Program-made: the position numbers and the translations under genes
Notes under the pieces: generated by a model
Told to the model about the DNA's origin: nothing
Databases searched by the model: none
What the model saw: the letters and a program-made list of their open reading frames with translations, nothing else
In this document: positions 9,201 through 19,195 of the stretch, one piece after another
How positions within the stretch are numbered: position 1 is the first letter of the stretch
How the letters are laid out: every line of letters starts with the position of its first letter
NCBI GenBank assembly: GCA_021513715.1
Contig: CP084167.1
Coordinates: forward strand, 416,001 to 480,000
DNA: 64,000 nt
Direction: 5' to 3'
Origin: Candidatus Heimdallarchaeum endolithica
GTDB lineage: Archaea; Asgardarchaeota; Heimdallarchaeia; Heimdallarchaeales; Heimdallarchaeaceae

Positions 9201-10467
9201 GTTTCATTTGTCTTCTTCTATTTTTTTCATTTGCAAATAGTAAAGGAATAATAGCTGTTAAGACAAGAACTCCAGCAAAAATAAACATTAGAGGGGGAGG
9301 AATATATCCTATTTGACCAAATTCATCAATAAAGGTTTTTCCTGAAGTTTTTGCTATAGCGCTTCCTATAAATGGACCTATTCCCATTGCTGCAAGTACA
9401 GTGAAAACAATATAGTAACCAGAAAATTGTCCTCTCTTATCTTCAGGATAGAGATCTCTTATCCAAGTTACTGAAGAAATGTCCCACATTGCCATAGCAA
9501 ACATCATTCCTACACCAGAAAGTCCAAGAAAAATTAGCTTTTCTGATAGCCCAAAGAAAATTAATGAAAAAGATTCAATAAAAACTGATATTATAGCTAT
9601 CTTCTTTCTCCCTATTTTATCTACAATAAAACCAACAGGAATAGATATAAGTATTGCAATTAGAATGGCTACAAAAATTAAGAGTGAGGATTCTTCTAAG
9701 CTTAATTCAAGGTGCTTTTGCATGTAGATGATTAAGAAGGGGAAAAAAACATTAAAAGCTATACCCCACAACATTGCAGCACTTAAAGTAAGAAAAACAT
9801 CTCTATTATTTCTTAATTCTGAAATACTAAATGTGGTTTTGATTGTTTCCCAATATTTTTTATCTGTTTTTTTTATCTTTACTTCTGGAGCAATAATAGC
9901 TCCTATTATCCCCAAAACACCTACAGAAGCTCCAATAATATAAAAGAAGTAGTAATAACCTAAAGATTCAATAATAAAGCCAGAAGCTCCATAGACAACT
10001 AATGTGGCAAGCAAAACAGTGAATTCCATTACTGCACTGATTCTTCCTCGATTTTTTAGAGTGGTTACATCAGTAGCATAAGCTTTTAGTGCAGCATCGT
10101 TTGACATACTGCCAAAAAAAGTCATTACACAATCAAAAACAATTGCTAAACTAGCCGCTAAAATTACTGGACGAACAAGTCCAGCAAGAGGAAAAATAGC
10201 TGTTGTTAAAGCCCAAAAGGGTAAACCAATAAGAAAGAAGACTTTTCTTTTACCAATTTTATCAGAAAGAGCTCCAAAAAAAATAGATGTAAGAGTCGCA
10301 GTAAGAGCACTAGCAGCAACCATTATTGAGATATATATTGGATCTGGAATGATAACATTATACAAAAATACATTGAAATATTGATTTTCAACGCCCCAAG
10401 CAAGCTCACCAGCAAAACTTAGTAAAGTTATAGCTATAGTTGTTTTAGCAGAAATTTTCATATCCAA
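9196..10467 (-). CDS. MFS transporter, probably sugar/glycoside
   Basis: ~12 TM helices, motif A twice (GALSDKIGKRK, GFIVDKIGRKK), adjacent to glycosidases. Confidence 0.9.
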   Translation of the reverse strand: MDMKISAKTTIAITLLSFAGELAWGVENQYFNVFLYNVIIPDPIYISIMVAASALTATLTSIFFGALSDKIGKRKVFFLIGLPFWALTTAIFPLAGLVRPVILAASLAIVFDCVMTFFGSMSNDAALKAYATDVTTLKNRGRISAVMEFTVLLATLVVYGASGFIIESLGYYYFFYIIGASVGVLGIIGAIIAPEVKIKKTDKKYWETIKTTFSISELRNNRDVFLTLSAAMLWGIAFNVFFPFLIIYMQKHLELSLEESSLLIFVAILIAILISIPVGFIVDKIGRKKIAIISVFIESFSLIFFGLSEKLIFLGLSGVGMMFAMAMWDISSVTWIRDLYPEDKRGQFSGYYIVFTVLAAMGIGPFIGSAIAKTSGKTFIDEFGQIGYIPPPLMFIFAGVLVLTAIIPLLFANEKNRRRQMKQ

Positions 10468-10509
10468 TAAAAAAAAACTCTAGCAATTAAATTTTGTCAC
10501 AAAAAAGAA

Positions 10510-12525
10510 TTATTTTTTCTCCTTTATCCAAACTTGCATGTTGGTTTTTCCTCTGTTTCCCCATAAGAAGTAAGGTATGGCAACTAGTTTTTCTCCTGAT
10601 TGACTTATTGTTTCTATTACTTTTATTTCTCCATAATTTGGAAAATGAAAATTCTTAACTTCTAAATAAGAAGGATCTAACACTTCAAAAGGAATTTTAG
10701 AATTAGGATTATCTATTTTTTCGAAACAATACACTAACGGACCATGGCCTAAAGAAATTTTTCCTCTGTTTTCTTTTATTTTTTTATGTGAATGAAACTT
10801 GTTTATATCCATTTGAAATTCTAAATTTATTTCTGCATTGTTAGAAAAAATATCACTAATTGTGATATATTCTGAAAGAAAAGGATTGTATCCTGAAGCA
10901 GTAATTTCTGTTTTAATATTGTTTTTGTGAGTATATTCCTTTTGATGACCATTAACACTAATCTTCATTCTATTTGTCCAAGATGGAAAACGAAAATGAA
11001 TTCTAGAAAATTTATTGTTTGAATTACCTAAATTTAAGATTAATTTAGTTTTCCCTTCCCAAGGAAATTGAGAAATAAGAGAAAATTCTATTTTCTCACC
11101 AATTTTTGAGTAATTACTTATATATTGATGAATCCACAATTCTTGATCTTTTATTGAATAAATATACTCCCCTATTTTTGCAATTACTCTTGAATAGTTA
11201 GAAGGACAACAAGCTGTTTTATACCAACTTTTTCTCTCATAGTTACCATTTGAAACCATTGGATTATAATAAAAATACTTTTTTCCGTCAATTGAAGCAG
11301 AAACTAAAATTGCATTATACAACTGCCATTCTACTAAATCTGAGTAAAAAGCTTTTCCTGTTAATCTTAGCATTTCACTTGACCAAAAAACACTTCCTAT
11401 AGCAGCACAAGTCTCACAATAGGCGTATTTATTTGGTAGTTCATAAGCTTTGGCAAAGCCTTCAATCATTGGTAGAGAGCCTAAACCTCCTGTGACATAC
11501 ATATATTTAGTAACCATTTCTTTCCATATTCTTTCAAGTTGTTGAAGGTAGAGTCTTTCTTTTAGTTCTTGTTGTAATAAAGCTGCTGCAGTCATAAAAT
11601 AAGTAAATCGCACGCTGTGACCTTCAGGATGTTTCATTTTTAAAAGAGGTTTATTGTGTTGCATATATTTTCCATTGAGTGCACTGTAATAAAATCTGAA
11701 TTTAAGAAAAGGAATTTTATCTATTTTCAAGTCACTCATAACCTTTTCTTCTTCTTTTCTGTGCGTGAATTTCTCTATTTGCTTGTTAGCTTCTTTTGTT
11801 CTTTTTTCTACAGAAAAATGCTCTCTTATCATTTGGATAAAGAAAAGTTTTTTTCTTCCTCTGTCTTCAATGAACTTTTTAGCTAAATCTAAATATCTAA
11901 TTTCTTTCTTAACTCTAAATAGCTTAATTAAAGCAATTTCTATTTCTTGATGCCCAGGAACTTCAATAGACTTAGAATTAGAAAATTTAACACAGATAGC
12001 ATCAGCTACTTTTTCAGCTATTTTAAGATAGTTTCTTTCTTTTGTAGTTTGATAATGCTCAATCGCAGCTTCAATTAAATGTCCTGCAGTATAGAGTTCA
12101 TGTTCAATTAAAAGATTCTTCCATTTTGTTCCAGGAAAGAAAAATTGGTTGTAAGTATAAATGTATCCATCTTCATCTTGAGCTTCTTTTAAAATAGAAA
12201 TGTATTGCTCTATTAATTCTTTTAATTTTTTATTTTTTTTATTAGCAAAGATCCTAATCGCAGCTTCTGACCACTTATGTACATCAGAATCACAGTAAAA
12301 TAAACCTTTTCTGTATCCTTCTTTCTTTTTTGCCACTATTCGAAAATTGTCAATGCAACCACTTTGTTCAAGCATTCTCCATTGATGAAAGATAGCCTTC
12401 TCTTCGTTCAAGTTTTGTATTTTTTTCCAGAAACCGTGATTAATGTTGACTTTAGTATATGAAATAGAAGTAAAAAAAAGGCTAGAATATGTGTTTTTTT
12501 CGTTCATTTTTTCCCCGGATATCAC
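10510..12525 (-). CDS. Glycoside hydrolase family 127 (beta-L-arabinofuranosidase-like)
   Basis: DSDVHKW, HELYTAGH, GHQEIE, GHSVR, YCETCA and ACCPSN Zn/Cys catalytic motifs. True start may be the ATG at 12507. Confidence 0.92.
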   Translation of the reverse strand: MISGEKMNEKNTYSSLFFTSISYTKVNINHGFWKKIQNLNEEKAIFHQWRMLEQSGCIDNFRIVAKKKEGYRKGLFYCDSDVHKWSEAAIRIFANKKNKKLKELIEQYISILKEAQDEDGYIYTYNQFFFPGTKWKNLLIEHELYTAGHLIEAAIEHYQTTKERNYLKIAEKVADAICVKFSNSKSIEVPGHQEIEIALIKLFRVKKEIRYLDLAKKFIEDRGRKKLFFIQMIREHFSVEKRTKEANKQIEKFTHRKEEEKVMSDLKIDKIPFLKFRFYYSALNGKYMQHNKPLLKMKHPEGHSVRFTYFMTAAALLQQELKERLYLQQLERIWKEMVTKYMYVTGGLGSLPMIEGFAKAYELPNKYAYCETCAAIGSVFWSSEMLRLTGKAFYSDLVEWQLYNAILVSASIDGKKYFYYNPMVSNGNYERKSWYKTACCPSNYSRVIAKIGEYIYSIKDQELWIHQYISNYSKIGEKIEFSLISQFPWEGKTKLILNLGNSNNKFSRIHFRFPSWTNRMKISVNGHQKEYTHKNNIKTEITASGYNPFLSEYITISDIFSNNAEINLEFQMDINKFHSHKKIKENRGKISLGHGPLVYCFEKIDNPNSKIPFEVLDPSYLEVKNFHFPNYGEIKVIETISQSGEKLVAIPYFLWGNRGKTNMQVWIKEKK

Positions 12526-13358
12526 TTTGCTTCATCAAAGAAATTTTCTTTATAGAGTCTTTTTCCGTCAGCTTTGTTATGTGGTTGCCTTACAAGCCTG
12601 TTAGTACTTTTTTCTAGTTCTCTTATCTCATCAGCAAGTAATCCTGCTTGTCTTACAATTTCATGGGCTGCTGAAAGGTATATTAGTGATTTAGATTTGT
12701 CTTTTTCCACGTATAATCCTTTAACATCGAGTTTTGCTACTTTTGTCAACATTTCTAGAGCAGCGACAGCTTTAGCTTTAGAATAATCATTTTTGAATGG
12801 ATAAGATTGGACAACTGTCATACTAGATAAATTCCTTTTAGGTAACTTCAGTTCTTTTCCTTCCTTTATTTGTTCAATTATATTGTCGATTTCCTTAGTT
12901 ATTAGTTCAAAAACACCTGCAGCACTGAGAACATTAATTACATAACCATTGAAAATTCCCATCTCTGTAGGATCTAGAAAATCTTTTTTTGCACCTATCA
13001 TGGGATCAAAAGGAGCAATTAAATATCCAATGCCTTCTTTTCTCCATGATTCTCTCAACTCTTTATCAGCTTCATCAGAAACAACGATTAGAGGATATTT
13101 TCCTTTTAATTCATTAACAAGCTTTTTGGGACCATCCAAGTTAGCGTTTGGCGAAACAACTACAACTAAATCTGATTCTACATGTTCTAAAAGAGAAAGG
13201 ATTCTAACTGCGTCAGAAGGAGAAAGTTTTGTAGAAGAGGATAAAACAGTTCCTTGGATATCATCCCTACTTGCTCGTTCATCAAGCATGATATCAACTA
13301 AAGTTGTTAAAGTAATATTTCCTATTTTTAAGAATGTGACCTTTACCATTTTTATCAC
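12522..13358 (-). CDS. mtd: F420-dependent methylene-H4MPT dehydrogenase
   Basis: KIGNI, LDERASRDDI, SPNA..GP, DPMIGAKKDFLDPTEM, SAAHE and RQPH motifs typical of Mtd. Start probably 13349. Confidence 0.9.
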   Translation of the reverse strand: MIKMVKVTFLKIGNITLTTLVDIMLDERASRDDIQGTVLSSSTKLSPSDAVRILSLLEHVESDLVVVVSPNANLDGPKKLVNELKGKYPLIVVSDEADKELRESWRKEGIGYLIAPFDPMIGAKKDFLDPTEMGIFNGYVINVLSAAGVFELITKEIDNIIEQIKEGKELKLPKRNLSSMTVVQSYPFKNDYSKAKAVAALEMLTKVAKLDVKGLYVEKDKSKSLIYLSAAHEIVRQAGLLADEIRELEKSTNRLVRQPHNKADGKRLYKENFFDEAK

Positions 13359-13455
13359 AAAGTGTTCTAGACATTCATATTAAAAAATCATTTTGTCAAA
13401 TTTAAGTAAATGAATAATTTTATAATGGATTAATCTTTTTATTCAATGTAGAAAG

Positions 13456-14205
13456 ATGAGAGATAAAGTACTAGTAGCAACTACTTCAGTCTTAATTATT
13501 GCATTTTCAATTTCATTGCTAAATATCTATGTTTTACCTGAAATTCGTTTTCAACTTGATGTAAGCAGAGGTTATGCTAATGATTCACAATATAAAATGC
13601 TATTAGATATGGAAAATATAGCTATTTCTTCTTCTTATTTTGAGGACATAAACTTTAGCCGCATAATTTATAATATTCCTGAACATTCTATTGTAAATAT
13701 TACTTATATGCTTGAACAAGTAGAAAAGCATGAGTCTGCAGCTTATGACACTTTGAAAGGTATATATTTTAACACAAATGAAGATATTCCTCAACCAAAA
13801 CAAATCAAAATGACATATAATGGTTCAATATCATTTGTTGTAAATAATTCTACAAACTATACAAAAAAGATACTCTCCTTTTATAAAGAAGGAGGAAATA
13901 ATGCAACTTATTTTGTTGTTCTAAACTCTAGTTCTTATCTAACAAAATGTAATATTTCTGAAGTTGGAATAAGTCAATTTGAAATTTATGAACCAATTTT
14001 AAGACTAGAAGAATTATTTAATGATGTAAATACAAAACCATTTTATGTTATTTATCAACATGTCTATTATGAGGAAACAAGAGGATTACTCCTTTCTTAT
14101 TCTACATCATTTACAAGGATGATCTTTCTGAACATTTTTGGTGATCTCCTATTTTTTATTACTAATGAAGGATATTGGATAAAGCCTTTAGATTTACTTA
14201 TTTGA
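13456..14205 (+). CDS. Hypothetical protein with N-terminal membrane anchor
   Basis: 249-aa ORF, hydrophobic N-terminus, several NxS/T sequons. Confidence 0.7.
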   Translation: MRDKVLVATTSVLIIAFSISLLNIYVLPEIRFQLDVSRGYANDSQYKMLLDMENIAISSSYFEDINFSRIIYNIPEHSIVNITYMLEQVEKHESAAYDTLKGIYFNTNEDIPQPKQIKMTYNGSISFVVNNSTNYTKKILSFYKEGGNNATYFVVLNSSSYLTKCNISEVGISQFEIYEPILRLEELFNDVNTKPFYVIYQHVYYEETRGLLLSYSTSFTRMIFLNIFGDLLFFITNEGYWIKPLDLLI

Positions 14206-14263
14206 AAGCAAAATTAAGTAATTTGTGCAAAAAAAATATATACATTGATTCCTATTATATATT

Positions 14264-14767
14264 ATGTCTCAAGAAATTAAACCAATGGGATTCAAAGTAC
14301 AACAAAAGATACTTGCTTTAGTGGCGACATATAATATCTATGACCTGGCTACAGATCAACAAATATTCAAAGCAAAAAGAAAGATGTTTTCATGGACACC
14401 AACCATTATAATCAAGGATATGGCAGAAAATGAAGTGGCAAAAATTGTTTCTAATTTCTTTTTTGGAAATAATTGGAAAATTTATGCTCCAAATGGAACA
14501 CTAATTGGTGAAGTAAAGTTTCCTCTAATACGTTTTTGTGGAATTAAATTTGATGTAATGATGGCTGATAACACATACACTGCATCTGATATTTTCGGTT
14601 ATTCATTCTCTGCTGTTGATGTTAATGGTAACTTAGGTTTTAAATTAGATCGAAAAATATTTGCAATAAGAGATACATATAAAGTAGAAACCTATCCTCC
14701 TTTAGAACCTGTTTTTGCTTTAGCTGCTGCTTTAGCTATAGATTCGAAATACTTCCAAGGAAAATAA
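14264..14767 (+). CDS. LURP-one/scramblase (Tubby C-terminal-like) family protein
   Basis: Repeated beta-hairpin pattern, KIFAIRDTYKVE, and terminal hydrophobic helix ALAAALAID. Confidence 0.75.
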   Translation: MSQEIKPMGFKVQQKILALVATYNIYDLATDQQIFKAKRKMFSWTPTIIIKDMAENEVAKIVSNFFFGNNWKIYAPNGTLIGEVKFPLIRFCGIKFDVMMADNTYTASDIFGYSFSAVDVNGNLGFKLDRKIFAIRDTYKVETYPPLEPVFALAAALAIDSKYFQGK

Positions 14768-14841
14768 AAATTTTTTCCTTTTCTTTCTCTTTTTTTGGTA
14801 TATTCAACAAAAGTTAAAATATTAAATTTTAATCTCTTTTT

Positions 14842-15987
14842 GTGAGAGAAAAAATAGATGAGATTATAGAGTTCTTAAAAAGTGAACTTGCAGAGGATTG
14901 TTCTTATTATTCTGGAAAAGTCTTTGGTAGCATGAGTAGTTATCCTGACGATGATGTAGTGAGAGTTTTCGCTGAATTTATAGAAAAAAATGCTGGTGAT
15001 GCAAATATCTTTGCTGGTACAGCTAAAATTGAAAACAAAGTAATTAACCTTTTAGGAACATTTTTTAATAATCCTACAGCAGGAGGGAATTGTGTTAGTG
15101 GAGGAAGTGAAGCCAATGTAGTAGGGTTGTGGGCAGCAAGAAATTTTTTCAAAGAAAAGAAAAACTTACCATTTCTCAATGAAGAATATGAAATAATTGT
15201 TCCTGAAACTAGACATACTTCAATTGCAAAAGCAGCTGATCTATTAAATTTGAAATTAGTAGAAGTTCCTGTAAACAATGATTTTGAAGTAGAAGCAAAA
15301 ATTGTGGAAGAGAAAATATCTGAAAAAACTATTGCAATTGTGGGTATTGCAGGAAACACTGTTTATGGATCAATAGATAATATCGAAGATCTGTCAATTA
15401 TAGCGTTAAATAATAATTGTTGGTTACATGTAGATGCAGCTTTTGGAGGTTTTGCAATACCTTTCTTAAAAAATCCACCAAAATTCGATTTTATTTTAGA
15501 AGGAGTAAAATCATTGGTGGCTGACCCTCATAAAAATTTAGGTAGCCCAATTCCAAATGGTTGTATATTATTCAGAGACTTAGACTATTCAAAACATATT
15601 ATTCATCATTTACCTTATTTTTCTGGAAAAAAAACTGAAAATCGAACAATTATAGGAACAAAATCAGGAGCTGCGATTATTGCAACTTATTATATATTGA
15701 ATTTTAAAGGGATTGATTGGTTAAAAAAACGAATGAAAAGTGCTTTTGAAAACAAAGATTACTTAAAACAAAGACTAGAAGAGTTGGGTTTTGAAGTTCT
15801 TGGAAAAGCTCAACTAAACGTTCTTGCAGCTAAGCCCCCTGATAATATAAGAAAGAGAAGAAATGAACTATTCAAGAAAGGTTGGAGAATTGGCAAATAT
15901 GGAGATCTTTGGAGATTTGTTGTAATGCCTACTATAAGAAGAGAAAATATAAACGAATTAATATCTGTTTTAGAAGAAAATTTTTAG
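14842..15987 (+). CDS. mfnA: Group II PLP-dependent decarboxylase (MfnA-type tyrosine/aspartate decarboxylase)
   Basis: GSMSS, SGGSEAN, HTSIAKAA, LHVDAAFGGF, DPHK (PLP lysine), GTKSG. Confidence 0.85.
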   Translation: MREKIDEIIEFLKSELAEDCSYYSGKVFGSMSSYPDDDVVRVFAEFIEKNAGDANIFAGTAKIENKVINLLGTFFNNPTAGGNCVSGGSEANVVGLWAARNFFKEKKNLPFLNEEYEIIVPETRHTSIAKAADLLNLKLVEVPVNNDFEVEAKIVEEKISEKTIAIVGIAGNTVYGSIDNIEDLSIIALNNNCWLHVDAAFGGFAIPFLKNPPKFDFILEGVKSLVADPHKNLGSPIPNGCILFRDLDYSKHIIHHLPYFSGKKTENRTIIGTKSGAAIIATYYILNFKGIDWLKKRMKSAFENKDYLKQRLEELGFEVLGKAQLNVLAAKPPDNIRKRRNELFKKGWRIGKYGDLWRFVVMPTIRRENINELISVLEENF

Positions 15988-16067
15988 GCTAGGCACTGAA
16001 ATTAGATGCTACAAGTATTATTCACTGTGATAATTATTTCCTCTTCCGCATTATTTATAAATGAGAA

Positions 16068-18065
16068 ATGAGAAAATATATTGGGGTGTTTCTGGTGAAT
16101 CACAAAAAATTATATGTATTATATATTATAACCTTTTTAGTTGTTTCCATGGCTTTTGGAAACAATTACGGAGTAAATGTTCAATCTGAAATCAGTTTGA
16201 GCTCTTATCAAGCACTTCAAGCAGGAGATACTTTGTTATATAAAGTTTATAACTGGTTTGAGGATGAATACACTCATTTACTATACTTGGATCAAGAAAT
16301 TCAAGATCTTTGTTCGGACAAATCATATGACGATTTCTACTTTGAACAGATTGAGCTTCATTCATTTGTAGTTACTGGAGCTGCTGATCCTACATACCTT
16401 ACAGCAAATGAAACAATGTCATTCTATCCCAAGACTAATTATAATTATCATGAATATTGGCATTACGATTATAGTCAAAATGAATGGGTAAAAGATTGGG
16501 TAGATGAATATAGTTTTGAAGATCCTCCAAAGAGTGATGTGTTTTTTGATGCCAGTTTTGATAAATATCCTGATATCTTAAACCTAGATTTACGTTCTTG
16601 GTTTTATGAAGCAGTTTATGTCGAAAATTACAATCAAACTTACATAATCAATGGTGTTCCATTTGAAATAAATATTACTCACTACAGTGTTTATCAAGAA
16701 TATAATTCTTCTTGGGAAGAAGGATTTTATGATCTTCCTATGTACGTAGAGCAAAATAAAACCAATCAAATTGATTATTACATTGACACTGATACAGGAT
16801 TTTTGATCGAATATAAAGAGTTTAACACTTTTGAAGATAAAAGATGGGTAGATGAATATAGCAGTGAACTACAAACTCATGTATTATTAAATGATACATC
16901 GTACAATGAAAACTACTTTGATTGGAAATTAGTAGGAGCAAATTGTCAATATGCACCATTAGCAGAAGTAGATTTGCCTTATATAGTGAACTATTATGAT
17001 GTTTCGTTATTAACCATAGAAAATGGTACAGACTATGTTATATTGCCATTAGAACTTTATACATCCTCAAATAATTTGACAGCAGAAATATCTTTTATTA
17101 ATTTGGAAATGGACGGACCTAATGTTACTTTGTATGACAAAGTAGAGAATCTAACAAATGGATATTGGGAATATTGGATTCCAATTTCAGAATTTGAATA
17201 TGTGAGACCATACTATTACTATGATGTTTTAGTAACACTATATGACGGATACAATGTGTCACATAATTCAACATGGCATATAGGAATAGAAGACAATAGA
17301 TATATTATACCTGATTGGCCATCTTGGTATGAAGGACCAGACTACATTGAAGTAGGAGAATGGCAGTCTTGGGATCAACAATACAATGTTTATTCTGATA
17401 CTTATTGGTTTGTTGATATTTACAGTTATACAAATGATCCTATGTATCCAATGGACTTGTTTGATCACTGGGAAGGATATCAGAATGGATCATTTTGGTT
17501 ACATCATCTAGAAGAACCAGAAGGAGAATATCAATACGAAATAGTATTCTGGGACTTTAGTGGTAATTATATTAATATGACTGTAACAGTAAAAGTAGTT
17601 AGTGACACAACTCCTCCACCACCTGATGAAGATACTGAGGCTCCACTTATTACTGGTGAAGGACCAGACATTTACATTCAAGAAGGAGAAGACAAAACTC
17701 TAACTTATAAGATTACAGATAAAAATCCTGACCATGTTATGGTTAAGAAGAACAGTACAATTATTATAGACGAGGACATGACAAGTTCTCCCTACTACAT
17801 AGATATAGACCTCTCAACTTTAAGTGTAGGAACTTACATCTTTAGTATAGATGCATGGGATACTTACGACAATCATAATGTTTGGGATATTACTGTCCAT
17901 GTTTCTTCAAGTTCTAGTTCTGACAAAAATGACACTGAATCTACAGGTAGTACAGATGATACTGGGACTAATACATTTGATCTTGATGCTCCTAATGGAT
18001 TATTTGTTGGAATAAGCCTATTTTCTGTTAGTGCTTTAGTAGTTTTCTTAAAGAAAAAACGCTAA
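16068..18065 (+). CDS. Cell-surface glycoprotein with C-terminal TM anchor and basic tail
   Basis: Signal peptide, acidic Tyr/Asn-rich body, Ig-like DTEAP domain, S/T linker, LDAPNG-TM-KKKR. Confidence 0.8.
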   Translation: MRKYIGVFLVNHKKLYVLYIITFLVVSMAFGNNYGVNVQSEISLSSYQALQAGDTLLYKVYNWFEDEYTHLLYLDQEIQDLCSDKSYDDFYFEQIELHSFVVTGAADPTYLTANETMSFYPKTNYNYHEYWHYDYSQNEWVKDWVDEYSFEDPPKSDVFFDASFDKYPDILNLDLRSWFYEAVYVENYNQTYIINGVPFEINITHYSVYQEYNSSWEEGFYDLPMYVEQNKTNQIDYYIDTDTGFLIEYKEFNTFEDKRWVDEYSSELQTHVLLNDTSYNENYFDWKLVGANCQYAPLAEVDLPYIVNYYDVSLLTIENGTDYVILPLELYTSSNNLTAEISFINLEMDGPNVTLYDKVENLTNGYWEYWIPISEFEYVRPYYYYDVLVTLYDGYNVSHNSTWHIGIEDNRYIIPDWPSWYEGPDYIEVGEWQSWDQQYNVYSDTYWFVDIYSYTNDPMYPMDLFDHWEGYQNGSFWLHHLEEPEGEYQYEIVFWDFSGNYINMTVTVKVVSDTTPPPPDEDTEAPLITGEGPDIYIQEGEDKTLTYKITDKNPDHVMVKKNSTIIIDEDMTSSPYYIDIDLSTLSVGTYIFSIDAWDTYDNHNVWDITVHVSSSSSSDKNDTESTGSTDDTGTNTFDLDAPNGLFVGISLFSVSALVVFLKKKR

Positions 18066-18066
18066 T

Positions 18067-19143
18067 TTATTCTTTTTTTATTTTTTTTATTACTTTTTTT
18101 AGTTGCTCAAGAGTTAAAACTCCTTTGCTAGTAATGTATCCTTTTATTAATTTAGCAGGAGTTACATCAAAAGCATAATTAAGAGCTGAAGATTTTTCAT
18201 TTGAGATCAGAATTCTTTGTTCTTTTGAAGTCACAAACTTTACTTCTTCTTCATCTCTCTTTTCAATAGCTATTTTACTAGCTTTTGTTCCAGATTGATC
18301 AATTGTTGACCAAGGTAGAGCAACATAAAAATCTATTCCAAAATATTTTGCTGAAATCGCTAAAGAAAGTGTTCCTATTTTGTTAGCGATAGTTCCATCT
18401 TGTAAGCATCTATCTGCTCCTACAATTATCTTATCAATTTCCCCTTTTGACATTAGAAAAGAAGCAGAATTATCAGTAATAATTAAATGTTCAATTCCTG
18501 ATTCATACAGTTCCCAAGCGGTTATTCTTGCTCCTTGAAGTCTAGGGCGAGTTTCATCAACTATTACTCTTATTTTTTTCTGTTTAGAGTGAGCAACATA
18601 GATAGGAGCTAAAGCTGTCCCATAATCTACAGTTGCTGGAGCTCCAGCATTACAATGAGTTAAAATAGTTTCTCCATTCTTTATTATTTTTTCTCCTTCT
18701 ATTCCTATTTTTTTGCATTCTTCTATAACTTGTGTTCTTAATGAATGGGCTCTATTCAAAACTTTTTCAACTGATAAATTGGTGTTTATTGCTTCTTCTA
18801 GAACTATTTTAGCAAAATTTTCTAAATCAACAGCAGTAGGACGAGAAGAAATTAGTGTTTGGTAACTCATTTTTAGAAATTCTATTCTTTTTTCTTGTTG
18901 TTTAAATTTAGTTAAAGCTTGAATTGTCGACAATACCATAGCATATGCAGCAGTTACACCTATCGCAGGAGCTCCTCTAACAACCATGTTTTTTATGGCT
19001 TCACTTACATCTTTCACACTATGATATTCATTAAACTTGATATCCCAAGGTAGTACTCTCTGATCCAACAAGACTAAAGAACTATTTTGACTATTCCAAA
19101 AAACACTGGTTACATTTTTCAACTTTCTACTCTTTATCTGCAT
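18067..19143 (-). CDS. mtnA: S-methyl-5-thioribose-1-phosphate isomerase (eIF2B-like family)
   Basis: LDQRVLP, MVVRGAPAIG, SRPTAVDL, THCNAG, DETRPRLQGARIT, GADR, NKIGT, FDVTP. Confidence 0.92.
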   Translation of the reverse strand: MQIKSRKLKNVTSVFWNSQNSSLVLLDQRVLPWDIKFNEYHSVKDVSEAIKNMVVRGAPAIGVTAAYAMVLSTIQALTKFKQQEKRIEFLKMSYQTLISSRPTAVDLENFAKIVLEEAINTNLSVEKVLNRAHSLRTQVIEECKKIGIEGEKIIKNGETILTHCNAGAPATVDYGTALAPIYVAHSKQKKIRVIVDETRPRLQGARITAWELYESGIEHLIITDNSASFLMSKGEIDKIIVGADRCLQDGTIANKIGTLSLAISAKYFGIDFYVALPWSTIDQSGTKASKIAIEKRDEEEVKFVTSKEQRILISNEKSSALNYAFDVTPAKLIKGYITSKGVLTLEQLKKVIKKIKKE

Positions 19144-19195
19144 AATTAGAAAAAGAAAAAATCTAATAAAAATTTATGCAAAAAAAAACAGTGAG

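Noticed and set aside
14264-14767. Scramblase/Tubby-like protein (and the Atg22-like MFS and eIF2B-like MtnA) as eukaryotic signature proteins
   Set aside because: All three families are widespread in bacteria and archaea
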